A stretch of 64,000 nucleotides of DNA from Bacteroidales bacterium. GTDB taxonomy: Bacteria > Bacteroidota > Bacteroidia > Bacteroidales > DTU049. The stretch spans positions 7,895-71,894 of the forward strand of contig JAAYOU010000065.1 in NCBI GenBank assembly GCA_012520175.1, read 5' to 3'. Positions 28,682-38,224 of the stretch are shown one piece after another. A program made the translations under genes and the position numbers. Numbering within the stretch: the first letter of the stretch is position 1; the number at the start of each line of letters is the position of its first letter. The notes below the pieces were generated by a model. That model had not been told where the DNA came from, did no database searches, and worked only from the letters and a program-made list of their open reading frames with translations.

Positions 28682-30066
28682 TTTTTTTGTTTTTGAATAA
28701 CAGATTTTACATTGCCATCATTAAAAATTGTTTCAATAACATCGCCGTCTTTTAGTTTTTTTGAATTTCGAATAATTTTCGAGTCAAGCAATGTTATTGA
28801 ATAGCCTTTTTTCAATAAATTACTTGGATTTGACATGGCAATATTATTTTCAAAAATTTTAAGATTTGAATTATTTTTTTGGAAAAAGTGTTTTAAATTT
28901 TGAGTTAAATCCTTTTGCTGTAAGTTTAGATTATAATTTTTATTTGCCAAAAAAGTTGTAGATCTCAAGTTTATATCAGCGACATAGCTATGAAGTTTGG
29001 CAGAAAGGTCTGAAGTTGTAAAAATAGATTTTTTTAATAAAAACAAAAGTCTGCTTTGTAAATATTCTTTTTGAAATTGAAATTTAACCTTTGTTTTTTC
29101 GTAAATAGAAGCTGCAATGTCTTCTAAAAGTTGCTCGTGGTTTGCTAAGGACATTAAAAACAGCGCACTTATTTGCGAGGCTTTATCTTGCAATTTTAAT
29201 AGCTGAGTTGAAAACATTTTTACAATAAAATAGCCGACATCGGTAGGTGTGATTTTATTTGCAAAAGCAACAAGCTCTGTAACAGTTTCGTTTGTAGAAT
29301 GCCCGATGCCTGTGATTACTGGAAGAGGACACTCGCAGACAGCTTTCGCCAAATTATAATCGTCGTAACAGTCTAGTCCGGTTTCGTCTCCGCCACCTCT
29401 TAAAATCAAAACAGCATCGAATTTATCTTTCATTTTGCTAATTTGCGAAATGCGCATAGAAATGGTTTCAACACATTTAGAGCCTTGTAGTACTGCGGGA
29501 AACAAAGTTGTTTCAATTTTAAAAATTGCGCCTTCGGAATTGATTATATTTTCAAAATCCTTTAATCCTCTACTTGTTGAAACGCTAATTACTGCTAATT
29601 TGCTGGGAATTTCGCTCAAAAAAGTATTTTTATTTAAGTAAAAAAGTCCTTCGTTTTGCAGCCTTAATATTGTTTTTTTCCTTTCAAGTGCAATTTTTCC
29701 TAATGTATATTGAGCATCAACATCTATTATTCTGAGCCTCAATCCATACAATTCATGGAAACGTAATTCAGCATAAAATAAAATCTCTATTCCGTCTTCA
29801 AAGTTTTTTCCGGTAATGTCTTTAAAATTTGCAGAAATTCTTCGCAAGTCGTCAGCCCAAATTACAGATTGGCATTTTGCAATAATTTTATTGTTTATTT
29901 TTTCAACTAATTCCGGGAAAGCGTGTCCAGAAGCCGTATAGCGATTTAGTTTCAGCATTTCAGCTTTTATCCACAGCGGAGCAGCGAAATCGCGGGCAAC
30001 AACATTTCTAAGCTTAATCAAAACTTGATTTAATGTGAAAATATTGCTATTGCTTGAAGTTGACAT
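28678..30066 (-). CDS. xseA: Exodeoxyribonuclease VII large subunit
   Basis: Track ORF begins at TTG 30087. I prefer ATG 30066 (MSTSSNSNIFTLNQ...), which removes the overlap with the upstream gene. OB-fold N-terminus plus catalytic core (RGGGDETGL). Confidence 0.85.
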   Translation of the reverse strand: MSTSSNSNIFTLNQVLIKLRNVVARDFAAPLWIKAEMLKLNRYTASGHAFPELVEKINNKIIAKCQSVIWADDLRRISANFKDITGKNFEDGIEILFYAELRFHELYGLRLRIIDVDAQYTLGKIALERKKTILRLQNEGLFYLNKNTFLSEIPSKLAVISVSTSRGLKDFENIINSEGAIFKIETTLFPAVLQGSKCVETISMRISQISKMKDKFDAVLILRGGGDETGLDCYDDYNLAKAVCECPLPVITGIGHSTNETVTELVAFANKITPTDVGYFIVKMFSTQLLKLQDKASQISALFLMSLANHEQLLEDIAASIYEKTKVKFQFQKEYLQSRLLFLLKKSIFTTSDLSAKLHSYVADINLRSTTFLANKNYNLNLQQKDLTQNLKHFFQKNNSNLKIFENNIAMSNPSNLLKKGYSITLLDSKIIRNSKKLKDGDVIETIFNDGNVKSVIQKQKK

Positions 30067-30067
30067 T

Positions 30068-31180
30068 TTATATAGAAATATTGTCAAAATTAGTAAAATC
30101 TTGATTTCTTTGGCGAGGATTAAATCCAGAGTTAATAATAAGTTCTTTTATTTCTTCGCTTCCCATTTTATATGCTGCGCCAGCAGAAGAAACAACATTT
30201 TCTTCAATCATAATGCTACCAAGGTCGTTTGCTCCAGAATGCAGACAAACAGCCGCAGTTTGTTTTCCAACCGTCAACCAAGAAGCTTGTATATTTGGAA
30301 TATTGTTTAAAACTAGTCTAGAAATGGCAATTAGCCTAATATATTCAACAGGTGTAGGAAAAAACGTTCCGTCATTTTTTAATTCTTTTGAAAGCAAAGA
30401 AATATTTCCATAAAAGGGCCACGGAATAAACGACAAAAAGCCCGGAGCGTTTTCTGGCTTTATTTTTTGCAAATCTCTAATTTTAAACAGGTGTTCTATT
30501 CTTTCTTCCATTGTTTCGACATGCCCAAACATCATTGTAGCAGATGTAACCATTCCTAATTTATGAGCTTCGTGCATTACATCTAGCCACTGTTGAGATT
30601 TTATTTTTGCAGGAGAAATAATTTTCCGCACTCTATCGCTAAGAATTTCTGCACCAGCACCCGGCAAGCTGTCAAGACCAGAATCAATAAGCGTTTTCAA
30701 CACAGAAGAGACTGATAAATTTTCTTTTTTTGCAATGAAATCAATTTCTGCTGGACTTAGAGCATGCAATTTTATAGATGGAAATTCTGATTTAAGCCAA
30801 GAAAATAAATCGCAATAATATTTTAAGTTGAAATTATTATTTATTCCACCTTGCAGAAGCAATTGGTTTCCGCCAAGAGCAAAAAGTTCTTCTATTTTTT
30901 TTCTGTATTCATCTTTTGATGTAACAAAAGCATTTGGACTTCCTTTTGAGCAGCTAAACATACAAAACTTGCATCTAGAAACACAAATGTTTGTAATATT
31001 TACATTTCTATCAATAATCCACGAAACGTCATTGTTTTTATGAGTTTTCATTCTAAGAGCATGAGCAGCACTCATTATCAATTCAGTTGAAACATTTTTG
31101 TAAACAAATAACGCTTCTTCAAAAGTTATTTCTTGGTCAAATAGAGGTTTTGCTAAGATAGAATAAATATCAAAATTCAT
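30068..31180 (-). CDS. Radical SAM enzyme of the MqnC/MqnE (CofH-like) family, futalosine-route menaquinone biosynthesis
   Basis: CxxxCxxC cluster CVSRCKFC. Core GGNQLLLQGG, SLPGAGAEIL, MMFGHVE. Start moved to ATG 31180 (MNFDIYSIL...), just after the upstream gene's stop. I cannot distinguish MqnC from MqnE by eye. Confidence 0.7.
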   Translation of the reverse strand: MNFDIYSILAKPLFDQEITFEEALFVYKNVSTELIMSAAHALRMKTHKNNDVSWIIDRNVNITNICVSRCKFCMFSCSKGSPNAFVTSKDEYRKKIEELFALGGNQLLLQGGINNNFNLKYYCDLFSWLKSEFPSIKLHALSPAEIDFIAKKENLSVSSVLKTLIDSGLDSLPGAGAEILSDRVRKIISPAKIKSQQWLDVMHEAHKLGMVTSATMMFGHVETMEERIEHLFKIRDLQKIKPENAPGFLSFIPWPFYGNISLLSKELKNDGTFFPTPVEYIRLIAISRLVLNNIPNIQASWLTVGKQTAAVCLHSGANDLGSIMIEENVVSSAGAAYKMGSEEIKELIINSGFNPRQRNQDFTNFDNISI

Positions 31181-31181
31181 T

Positions 31182-31916
31182 TTAAAACCATTTCTCTGTA
31201 TTAAAAGAATAACTTGCAGAAAACTCTGCAAATGTGTTGTGTAGTTTATAGTCTATTTTTGAGTAATTATCTACAAAAACAGATTTTAACCCATAAGTTA
31301 TTCTTAAATTTACAGAGATTTTCTTGCTTACTTTATATGAAGTTCCCATAAGAAGTCCATAATCGTATGTTCTTGTATTTTCAGCAAAGTCTAAAACTTC
31401 TTTCATTATTTTTGGGTCATATCCGGCTCTGCCTATTGCTATAGCGTGAGTTTCTGTGTTGGAAAGCCATCCATAATACGCACCACCCATTACAGACCAT
31501 TTTGATTGCCCAATTTTATAAACTAAAATAGCAGGGATTTCCAAATAATAATTGTCAAACGCTCCTTCTGCAAAACCGTTGAAAAATGTTTCAATATCTA
31601 ACCAAACATCTGGTAATAATGGATGTTGCATATGATCAGTATATGGCATACTGTCAATTGGAGTAGAAAACTTAGCGCCCTTTCTTGAAAAAACCACTTC
31701 TGTTTGAAAGCTAAAATCTTCGTTGAATTTATAATTAAAGAAAACTCCCAGATTGTGGCATAGTAGCGGCGATCCTTTAGCACCCTTTGGGATTTCCCCA
31801 CCAATTGGTAATGGTGACCCAACATTAAGACCAATTTTTGGACCTAATGTTAAATTTTGCGAACTTAAATTGCAAAAAAGAAAAAATAAAAAAGAAATAA
31901 ATATTATTTTTTTCAT
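31182..31916 (-). CDS. Outer-membrane beta-barrel protein (PorT/OmpA-beta-barrel-like)
   Basis: 244 aa. Signal peptide. Alternating aromatic/hydrophobic beta-strand pattern. C-terminal aromatic residue. Confidence 0.45.
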   Translation of the reverse strand: MKKIIFISFLFFLFCNLSSQNLTLGPKIGLNVGSPLPIGGEIPKGAKGSPLLCHNLGVFFNYKFNEDFSFQTEVVFSRKGAKFSTPIDSMPYTDHMQHPLLPDVWLDIETFFNGFAEGAFDNYYLEIPAILVYKIGQSKWSVMGGAYYGWLSNTETHAIAIGRAGYDPKIMKEVLDFAENTRTYDYGLLMGTSYKVSKKISVNLRITYGLKSVFVDNYSKIDYKLHNTFAEFSASYSFNTEKWF

Positions 31917-32824
31917 TTAAAAATTTTTCCGCTATAAGATTTATTATTTTCAACAATTTGATAAAAATAAAGACCTGAGCTTAAATTGTTATTTGACAAA
32001 TGTTCAGTAGTGTTTTGTAAAGATTTGCTTAAAACTAATTTACCGGAAATGTCATAAATATAGATATTTCTTTTAGCTTCGTTGCTAAAGTTAAATATCC
32101 AAAAATTATCAGTGGTCATAGTTTCGCACGTGTTGCTTTCGTCATTAACTCCTGATAAAAGAATTAGCTCAACATCGTCAATTATCAATGTGCTTCCAAT
32201 GCCGCCTTTATAGAATTCTCCATTTTTACTTGATGCAAACACAACAGCTATTGTATCTGGAGTTGCATCTGAAAAATATTGAAAGTCAAGGCTGAATTGC
32301 TTGTAAGTTGTAACGTTTTCAGAAGAATACATTTCTGCACGAGCAATTTCAACACGTTTTGTTCCGTCCCAATACGAAAGAATAGCATATATAGCGCAGG
32401 AATCTGGAGTGCCGCTATATGCAACAGATGTGTATTTATAATAGCCTTGCATTGTTTTTAATTTTTCAGTAAAAGGCACACCTCTTAATGCTTTTGAGTT
32501 GAAACCATCAGCAACAAATTTTCCTGTAAACAAATTGCCAGCAGCAGGCATTCCCATTATGCTTTTGGTTTCTAGTTTTGCAGCATAATTCCCGCTATGG
32601 CTATCTGTTGTGCGTTCGCAACAAAATTTATTTACAATAGTGGTTGCAGCATTCGAGTTTGCCCAAATATTTGTAGGCATATTTTCCCAATAAAAATTTG
32701 ATGGGTAAGAAGGATTATAAAAATTTTGATACCAGTTCTCAAAATCTAAACCTTCAATTTGGCTAATTTGTGATGAAGCATTAAGAGCTACAAAAAAGAA
32801 CATTATAAAAACTACCTTTTTCAT
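31913..32824 (-). CDS. Secreted protein with PCMD-like (putative carbohydrate metabolism) domain and T9SS-type C-terminus
   Basis: 303 aa. Signal peptide. GNLFTGKFVADGF...MQGYYKYTS resembles the PCMD domain. C-terminal IYIYDISGKLVL...GLYFYQIVENNKSYSGKIFK is CTD-like. Confidence 0.4.
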   Translation of the reverse strand: MKKVVFIMFFFVALNASSQISQIEGLDFENWYQNFYNPSYPSNFYWENMPTNIWANSNAATTIVNKFCCERTTDSHSGNYAAKLETKSIMGMPAAGNLFTGKFVADGFNSKALRGVPFTEKLKTMQGYYKYTSVAYSGTPDSCAIYAILSYWDGTKRVEIARAEMYSSENVTTYKQFSLDFQYFSDATPDTIAVVFASSKNGEFYKGGIGSTLIIDDVELILLSGVNDESNTCETMTTDNFWIFNFSNEAKRNIYIYDISGKLVLSKSLQNTTEHLSNNNLSSGLYFYQIVENNKSYSGKIFK

Positions 32825-32954
32825 AAAAAAAATTTTGTAAAATTAATCATTTATTTGCAAATATTAGCATTTTTGTCTTTTTATTTTTTAAGAACGTCAA
32901 TAAAAGCTATTATTATAGTCATATTTAGTACTTTTGTAAAATTTTAAATTCGTT

Positions 32955-35345
32955 TTGAAACATATTGTTTATATAGAAAATATTCTTGGTTTTGCAGAAA
33001 TAAGGAAACAACTTTCTGCAAATTGCCATACTCCTGTGGGATTAGAGCTTTCAAAAAACAACTTTTTTTCAACTGAAATTGAAGAATTAGAAGAAGCCTT
33101 ATCCTTTACAAAAGAGATGAAATATATAAACGAATATGCTGGAGGATTGCCTGCCATTGGCTTTGAAGACTTTAGAGTAAAATTAGAACAAATAAAAACG
33201 CCTGGTTCTTTTGCGGAAATAACGACATTGCAAACAATTTCTTTTATAATTGAAAAGCTTCTTGATTTACAAAAAATATTTGAAGGACAAAAAGAACACG
33301 CGCCATTGCTAAACAAAAAAACTCATTCTGTTGAAATCAATGAGAAGATTTTTATTCGAATTAATGAAATTATTGATGAAAAAGGTGAAATAAAAAGCAA
33401 TGCATCAGAAAATCTTGCATCAATAAGAAAAGAAATAGAAAAGCAAAGAAGCAAAGTTGAAAAAACAATATTTCATATTTTAAAAAACCTAAAAGAAAAA
33501 GGAATTGTTGAAGAAGATGTTAATTTAAGCATCCGCAACGGGAAGCTTGTTATTCCAATAGCTTCGTCGAAAAAAAGAGCAATAAAAGGCGTTTTTATTG
33601 ATGAATCAGCCACAGGACAAACTTCTTTTATTGAGCCAATAGAGGTTTTTGAGTTAAACAACGATATTCAAAATTTAGAATTTGAAGAAAGGCGAGAAAT
33701 AATCCGCATCTTAATTGACCTTACGGATTTTATCAGACCAAATATTAATGAAATCAAATCTTATATCACCTTTTTAGGAGAAATAGACCTTATAAATTCA
33801 AAATCGAAATTAGCAATATCGCAAAATGCTATAATGCCCACTATTTCTAGCGATTATACGATGATTATACGTCAAGGACGGCATCCAATACTAGAAGAAT
33901 CATTGAAAAAACAAGGAAAAAAGATAGTTCCTTTGGATATAGAAATGCTCCCAAATCAGCGTGTAGTGCTAATCAGCGGACCAAATGCTGGAGGCAAATC
34001 AGTTGCTATGAAAACAGTGGGATTGCTGCAATATATGTTCCAATGCGGATTTTTAGTTCCTGTTGCTGAAGGTTCTCAGTTTTTTCCTTTTGAAAAAATC
34101 CTAGCAGATATAGGCGACCAGCAATCCATAGAAAATGATTTAAGCACATACTCTTCCCATTTGATTAATATGAAATATTTTATTGATAATTGTAATAAAA
34201 ACACATTGATTTTAATTGATGAAATGGGGAGCGGGACAGAGCCAGAAAGCGGAGGAGCAATAGCAGAAGCCGTTTTGGAAGCATTATACAACACAGGAAC
34301 TTATGGAATAATTACAACTCACTATTTTAATTTAAAAACATTTGCATCAAAACATAGCGAAGCAATAAATGCCGCAATGCTTTTTGACAACAATCTTTTA
34401 AAACCGCTATACATCTTAAAAATAGGAAAACCCGGAAGTTCTTTTGCAATAGAAATAGCAACAAATATTGGATTGCCAAAATTCATTATTGAAAAAGCCT
34501 CAAAAAACATAGGAAAAAAGAAGATTGAAATCGAAAAAATGATTCAAGATCTTGAAAATGAAAAACTAAATCTTGACAATCGAAAGCGACAACTTGAAGT
34601 TGCTGAGAATTTTGTGAGCGAACTCGTTGAAAAATACAATACTTTAAATAAAAACATTATTGAAAAAAGAGATTTTATTCTTTTAAAAGCAAAAAATGAA
34701 GCTAAAAATATTTTATCTGAGGCAAATTCCTTGATAGAAAAAACAATTAGAGACATAAAAAATGCAAACGCTGAAAAAGAAAGCGTGAAAAAAATTAGAA
34801 AAGATTTAGAAGAAAAAATATCAAATCTTGATGTTGATAAAAACAAAAACTTTGAGCTGCATCCGCTGAAAAAGCAAAGTCCAGAGCCTAAAAAGATAAA
34901 ACAAACTATTGTTGTCGGAGATAAAGTGAAATTAGATAATAGTCCTCAAATAGGGACAGTTGTTTCTATTAAAAATGATAAAGCAAAAGTGCAATTTGAT
35001 TTGATGACCATTGATGTAAGCAAAGATAGGCTAACAGCTGTAGATGGGGATAAAGTTGGAAAAAGCAAAACAAAAATCAATTTGAATATAGAAAAAAGGG
35101 AAGTTACGCATCTCTTGGATTTTCGCGGAAAAACCACTGAAGAAGCTATTGCGGAGCTTGAAAAATTTTTAGACAACGCTTTGTTATCAGGAATAAAGCA
35201 GTTTTCTATTTTGCATGGAAAAGGCTATGGAATATTAAGGCAAAACATACGAAAACATTTGGCTCAATACAAAGACATTTTAACATTTGGCGATGCAATG
35301 TTAGAACTTGGTGGAGAGGGCGTTACTGAAGTGAAATTTTTATAA
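32955..35345 (+). CDS. mutS2: Endonuclease MutS2 (MutS domain V ATPase plus C-terminal Smr)
   Basis: 796 aa. Walker A GPNAGGKS, DEMGSGTEP, long coiled coil, Smr domain (LDFRGKTTEEA...ILHGKGYGILR). TTG start in the track. Confidence 0.9.
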   Translation: MKHIVYIENILGFAEIRKQLSANCHTPVGLELSKNNFFSTEIEELEEALSFTKEMKYINEYAGGLPAIGFEDFRVKLEQIKTPGSFAEITTLQTISFIIEKLLDLQKIFEGQKEHAPLLNKKTHSVEINEKIFIRINEIIDEKGEIKSNASENLASIRKEIEKQRSKVEKTIFHILKNLKEKGIVEEDVNLSIRNGKLVIPIASSKKRAIKGVFIDESATGQTSFIEPIEVFELNNDIQNLEFEERREIIRILIDLTDFIRPNINEIKSYITFLGEIDLINSKSKLAISQNAIMPTISSDYTMIIRQGRHPILEESLKKQGKKIVPLDIEMLPNQRVVLISGPNAGGKSVAMKTVGLLQYMFQCGFLVPVAEGSQFFPFEKILADIGDQQSIENDLSTYSSHLINMKYFIDNCNKNTLILIDEMGSGTEPESGGAIAEAVLEALYNTGTYGIITTHYFNLKTFASKHSEAINAAMLFDNNLLKPLYILKIGKPGSSFAIEIATNIGLPKFIIEKASKNIGKKKIEIEKMIQDLENEKLNLDNRKRQLEVAENFVSELVEKYNTLNKNIIEKRDFILLKAKNEAKNILSEANSLIEKTIRDIKNANAEKESVKKIRKDLEEKISNLDVDKNKNFELHPLKKQSPEPKKIKQTIVVGDKVKLDNSPQIGTVVSIKNDKAKVQFDLMTIDVSKDRLTAVDGDKVGKSKTKINLNIEKREVTHLLDFRGKTTEEAIAELEKFLDNALLSGIKQFSILHGKGYGILRQNIRKHLAQYKDILTFGDAMLELGGEGVTEVKFL

Positions 35346-35582
35346 TTATTTATTCTTCGCTAATTATTTGTCTATTTGACTGTTTTTTTATAAATTTTGT
35401 TAATTTCTGTGTGTGGCGCGTGCTCTGCTTTTAATGCGGTCATTGCCGACAACAAATAATTACAAACGTTTATAATTAATTATATCCGTTTATAAACGAA
35501 AGTAAATGCTTAAAAACCGAATAAGCTGCAATTCTTGCCGTTACTTTGCCGAAACAATTTTTCAAACTTAAAACTAATTACA

Positions 35583-35993
35583 ATGAAAACAAAATCAGAA
35601 GAAACGGCAAATGAAGCTAGCAAAATGTTGATTTTAACAGGCGAAAAAGAACAAGCAAAAAACAATTTTGAAAAAAACACAGTAACCATTGAGGGGATAG
35701 TTGCTTCAACCCCATATAAAAAACAATTTGACAACGGAAATAAAATGGTATTATTTACGCTTTCGCATTATAATGATTTTCGTACAAAAGCTGGCGAACA
35801 AGTGCGGGTAACGGAATGGTTTCAAGTAATTTCTTGGAATAGAATTGCGGAAAAAATAATTAACAACACATGCAAAGGCTCAAGAATTAAATTAAGAGGA
35901 CATTTGCGTAGTTCTTTTTGGAAAGATCAAACAGGAGCCTCACATAGAAGTGTGCAAATTGTTGCAACTGAGTTTTTACCACAAGCTGCGTAA
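35583..35993 (+). CDS. Atypical single-stranded DNA-binding (OB-fold SSB-like) protein without acidic C-terminal tail
   Basis: Core NTVTIEGIVASTP...VTEWFQVISWNRIAEKI...GSRIKLRGHLRSSFWKDQTG...VQIVATEF aligns by eye with the canonical SSB pattern (TEWH.V..FG..AE; G..V.V.GRL..R.W.D). Start moved to ATG 35583 (MKTKSEE...). Confidence 0.65.
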   Translation: MKTKSEETANEASKMLILTGEKEQAKNNFEKNTVTIEGIVASTPYKKQFDNGNKMVLFTLSHYNDFRTKAGEQVRVTEWFQVISWNRIAEKIINNTCKGSRIKLRGHLRSSFWKDQTGASHRSVQIVATEFLPQAA

Positions 35994-36103
35994 AAAATAA
36001 TATTAGCAGGTTATTATTATAGAAAACTTGTAGATATTGCTGGAAAACATGTTAAATATTTTTTCATATTTAAAATATTTATATCTTAGCAAAAACATTT
36101 TTT

Positions 36104-36721
36104 ATGCTTGTTATTGGTATTGCCGGCGGTAGCGGTTCTGGAAAAACAACCGTTGTAAAAGCCATAATGAAAGATTTTACTAATGGAGAAGTTGCAGTTT
36201 TGTCGCAAGATTCTTATTATAAAGATAATGGTGGATTGAGTCAAGAAGAGCGTGCTAAATTAAATTTTGACCACCCTTCTTCTATTGAGTTTTCGCTGCT
36301 TTGTAAGCATTTAGATATGCTTAAAAAAGGCGAAGACATTGCTATGCCCATATATTCATATATAACATGTGCAAGAGCAAAAGAAACCATTACTGTAAAA
36401 CCTGCAAAAGTGTTAATTGTTGAGGGTATTTTAGTACTTGTAAATCCGCAACTAAGAGAGCGGCTAGATATTAAAGTTTTTGTAGATGCTGATGCCGATG
36501 ATAGATTAATTCGTAATATACGTAGAGATATTGCAGAGCGCGGAAGGTCTTTTAATCAAGTTTTAGAGCATTATGAAAATTTTGTAAAACCCATGCACGA
36601 AACCTTTATAGAGCCTTCTAAGCGATATGCAGATATAATTGTTCCACAAGGTGGTGCTAACAAAATAGCTATAGATATTATAACTTCAAAAATAAAATCT
36701 AAACTTAACGAGAAAAAATGA
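36104..36721 (+). CDS. udk: Uridine kinase
   Basis: 205 aa. P-loop IGIAGGSGSGKTT, FDHPSS, and VFVDADADDRLIRNIRRD. Confidence 0.9.
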   Translation: MLVIGIAGGSGSGKTTVVKAIMKDFTNGEVAVLSQDSYYKDNGGLSQEERAKLNFDHPSSIEFSLLCKHLDMLKKGEDIAMPIYSYITCARAKETITVKPAKVLIVEGILVLVNPQLRERLDIKVFVDADADDRLIRNIRRDIAERGRSFNQVLEHYENFVKPMHETFIEPSKRYADIIVPQGGANKIAIDIITSKIKSKLNEKK

Positions 36722-37356
36722 CAGTCTATAAACTGTCTGAAGATATTTGTTTTCCGCATCCAACGTTGGCTGACGAAGACGGACTCCTTGCAATAGGTGG
36801 CGACTATTCTATTGAACGAATGTTGCTTGCTTATAACCACGGCATTTTTCCTTGGTATAAACACAATGGCTTAATATATTGGTATGCAACAAATCCAAGA
36901 ATGGTGATTTTTCCTGAAAAATTCAAGCCAAATCATGGACTGAAAAGAGTTCTTAATAAGAATATATTTAAAACAACAGTAAACAAAGACTTTGAAAGTG
37001 TTATTAATTTTTGCTCGAAAATAAAAAGAAAAGAAAAAGGCTCTTGGATTAATGACAGCTATAAAAATGCTTTTAAGGAATTGTATGAAAAGGGATATGC
37101 TGTTTCAATAGAAGTTTGGTATGAAAATGAACTTGTCGGTGGATTATATGGAATAATTGTTAGAAACGGTTTTTGCGGAGAAAGCATGTTTTCTGCTATG
37201 CCTAATGCATCAAAAGTTGCTTTCTGTTGCTTAATAGATATTGCAAAAAAGTTAAACTGGAAATTCATTGATGCCCAGCAAGACACAGCCCACATGAGAA
37301 CATTGTGCGGAGAATTAATTTCTTTTGAAGAATTTTATTCTATGTTAACAACTTAA
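36718..37356 (+). CDS. aat: Leucyl/phenylalanyl-tRNA--protein transferase
   Basis: 212 aa. GLLAIGGDYSIERMLLAYNHGIFPWY and GGLYGI...FCGESMFS are typical of Aat. 4-bp overlap with udk. Confidence 0.85.
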   Translation: MTVYKLSEDICFPHPTLADEDGLLAIGGDYSIERMLLAYNHGIFPWYKHNGLIYWYATNPRMVIFPEKFKPNHGLKRVLNKNIFKTTVNKDFESVINFCSKIKRKEKGSWINDSYKNAFKELYEKGYAVSIEVWYENELVGGLYGIIVRNGFCGESMFSAMPNASKVAFCCLIDIAKKLNWKFIDAQQDTAHMRTLCGELISFEEFYSMLTT

Positions 37357-37438
37357 AAATCCACAAACAACTTATTTTTTTAACAAATTCTTATAAATTC
37401 TTATTTTTTACGATATTTGCAACTTCTTACTTACAAAA

Positions 37439-38224
37439 ATGGCAGAAAAAAATTTTTTTAAACGATTAATTAAAAAACTACGAGTTCGGTTTAGGCTTGT
37501 AATAATGAATGATAGCACTTTTGAAGAGAAATTTTCATTGAGGCTATCTCGTTTAAATGTTTTTGTTGTTTCTGCATTAATTTCCATTTTTTTAATTACT
37601 CTTACCGTTTTTTTAATTGCTTTTACATCTTTGCGAGAATATATTCCCGGCTATGGTAGCGAAAAAGAACGAGAAATTGTTTATGACTTGTTGTTAAAAT
37701 CTGATAGCATAGAATCTGACTTGAATGCAATAGATGTTTATTTTAAAAACTTCTTTACAACAATTGCTGATGATGATTCTAGCTTGTTGGTTTCAAATTA
37801 CCTTGCTTTTTCAGGAAATAAATCCACTGAAATTAGCGAAAACAAAAATGCTGCTGGATTATATTTTTTAAAACCAATAAATGGAAATATATTAAATCCG
37901 TTTAACCTTAACAGTAAACATTTTGGCATTGATATAATTGCAGAAAAGGGGAGTGTTGTTAATAGTATTGCTGACGGCATTGTGTTGTTTTCAGACTGGA
38001 CTTTATCCGGCGGAAATACATTGATAATATTGCATCCGGGTAAAGTTATTTCGGTGTATATGCACAATTTTTCAGTTTTTGTAAAACAAGGAGAATCTGT
38101 TAAAACTGGTGACCCTATTGCAATTATAGGCAATTCTGGAGAAAATTCTAGCGGGACTCATTTGCATTTTGAACTTTGGATAAATTCATTGCCTGTTAAC
38201 CCTGAAAATTATATTTCATTTTGA
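37439..38224 (+). CDS. Membrane-anchored M23-family peptidase
   Basis: 261 aa. One TM segment. HFGIDI and GTHLHFELW motifs. Confidence 0.8.
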   Translation: MAEKNFFKRLIKKLRVRFRLVIMNDSTFEEKFSLRLSRLNVFVVSALISIFLITLTVFLIAFTSLREYIPGYGSEKEREIVYDLLLKSDSIESDLNAIDVYFKNFFTTIADDDSSLLVSNYLAFSGNKSTEISENKNAAGLYFLKPINGNILNPFNLNSKHFGIDIIAEKGSVVNSIADGIVLFSDWTLSGGNTLIILHPGKVISVYMHNFSVFVKQGESVKTGDPIAIIGNSGENSSGTHLHFELWINSLPVNPENYISF

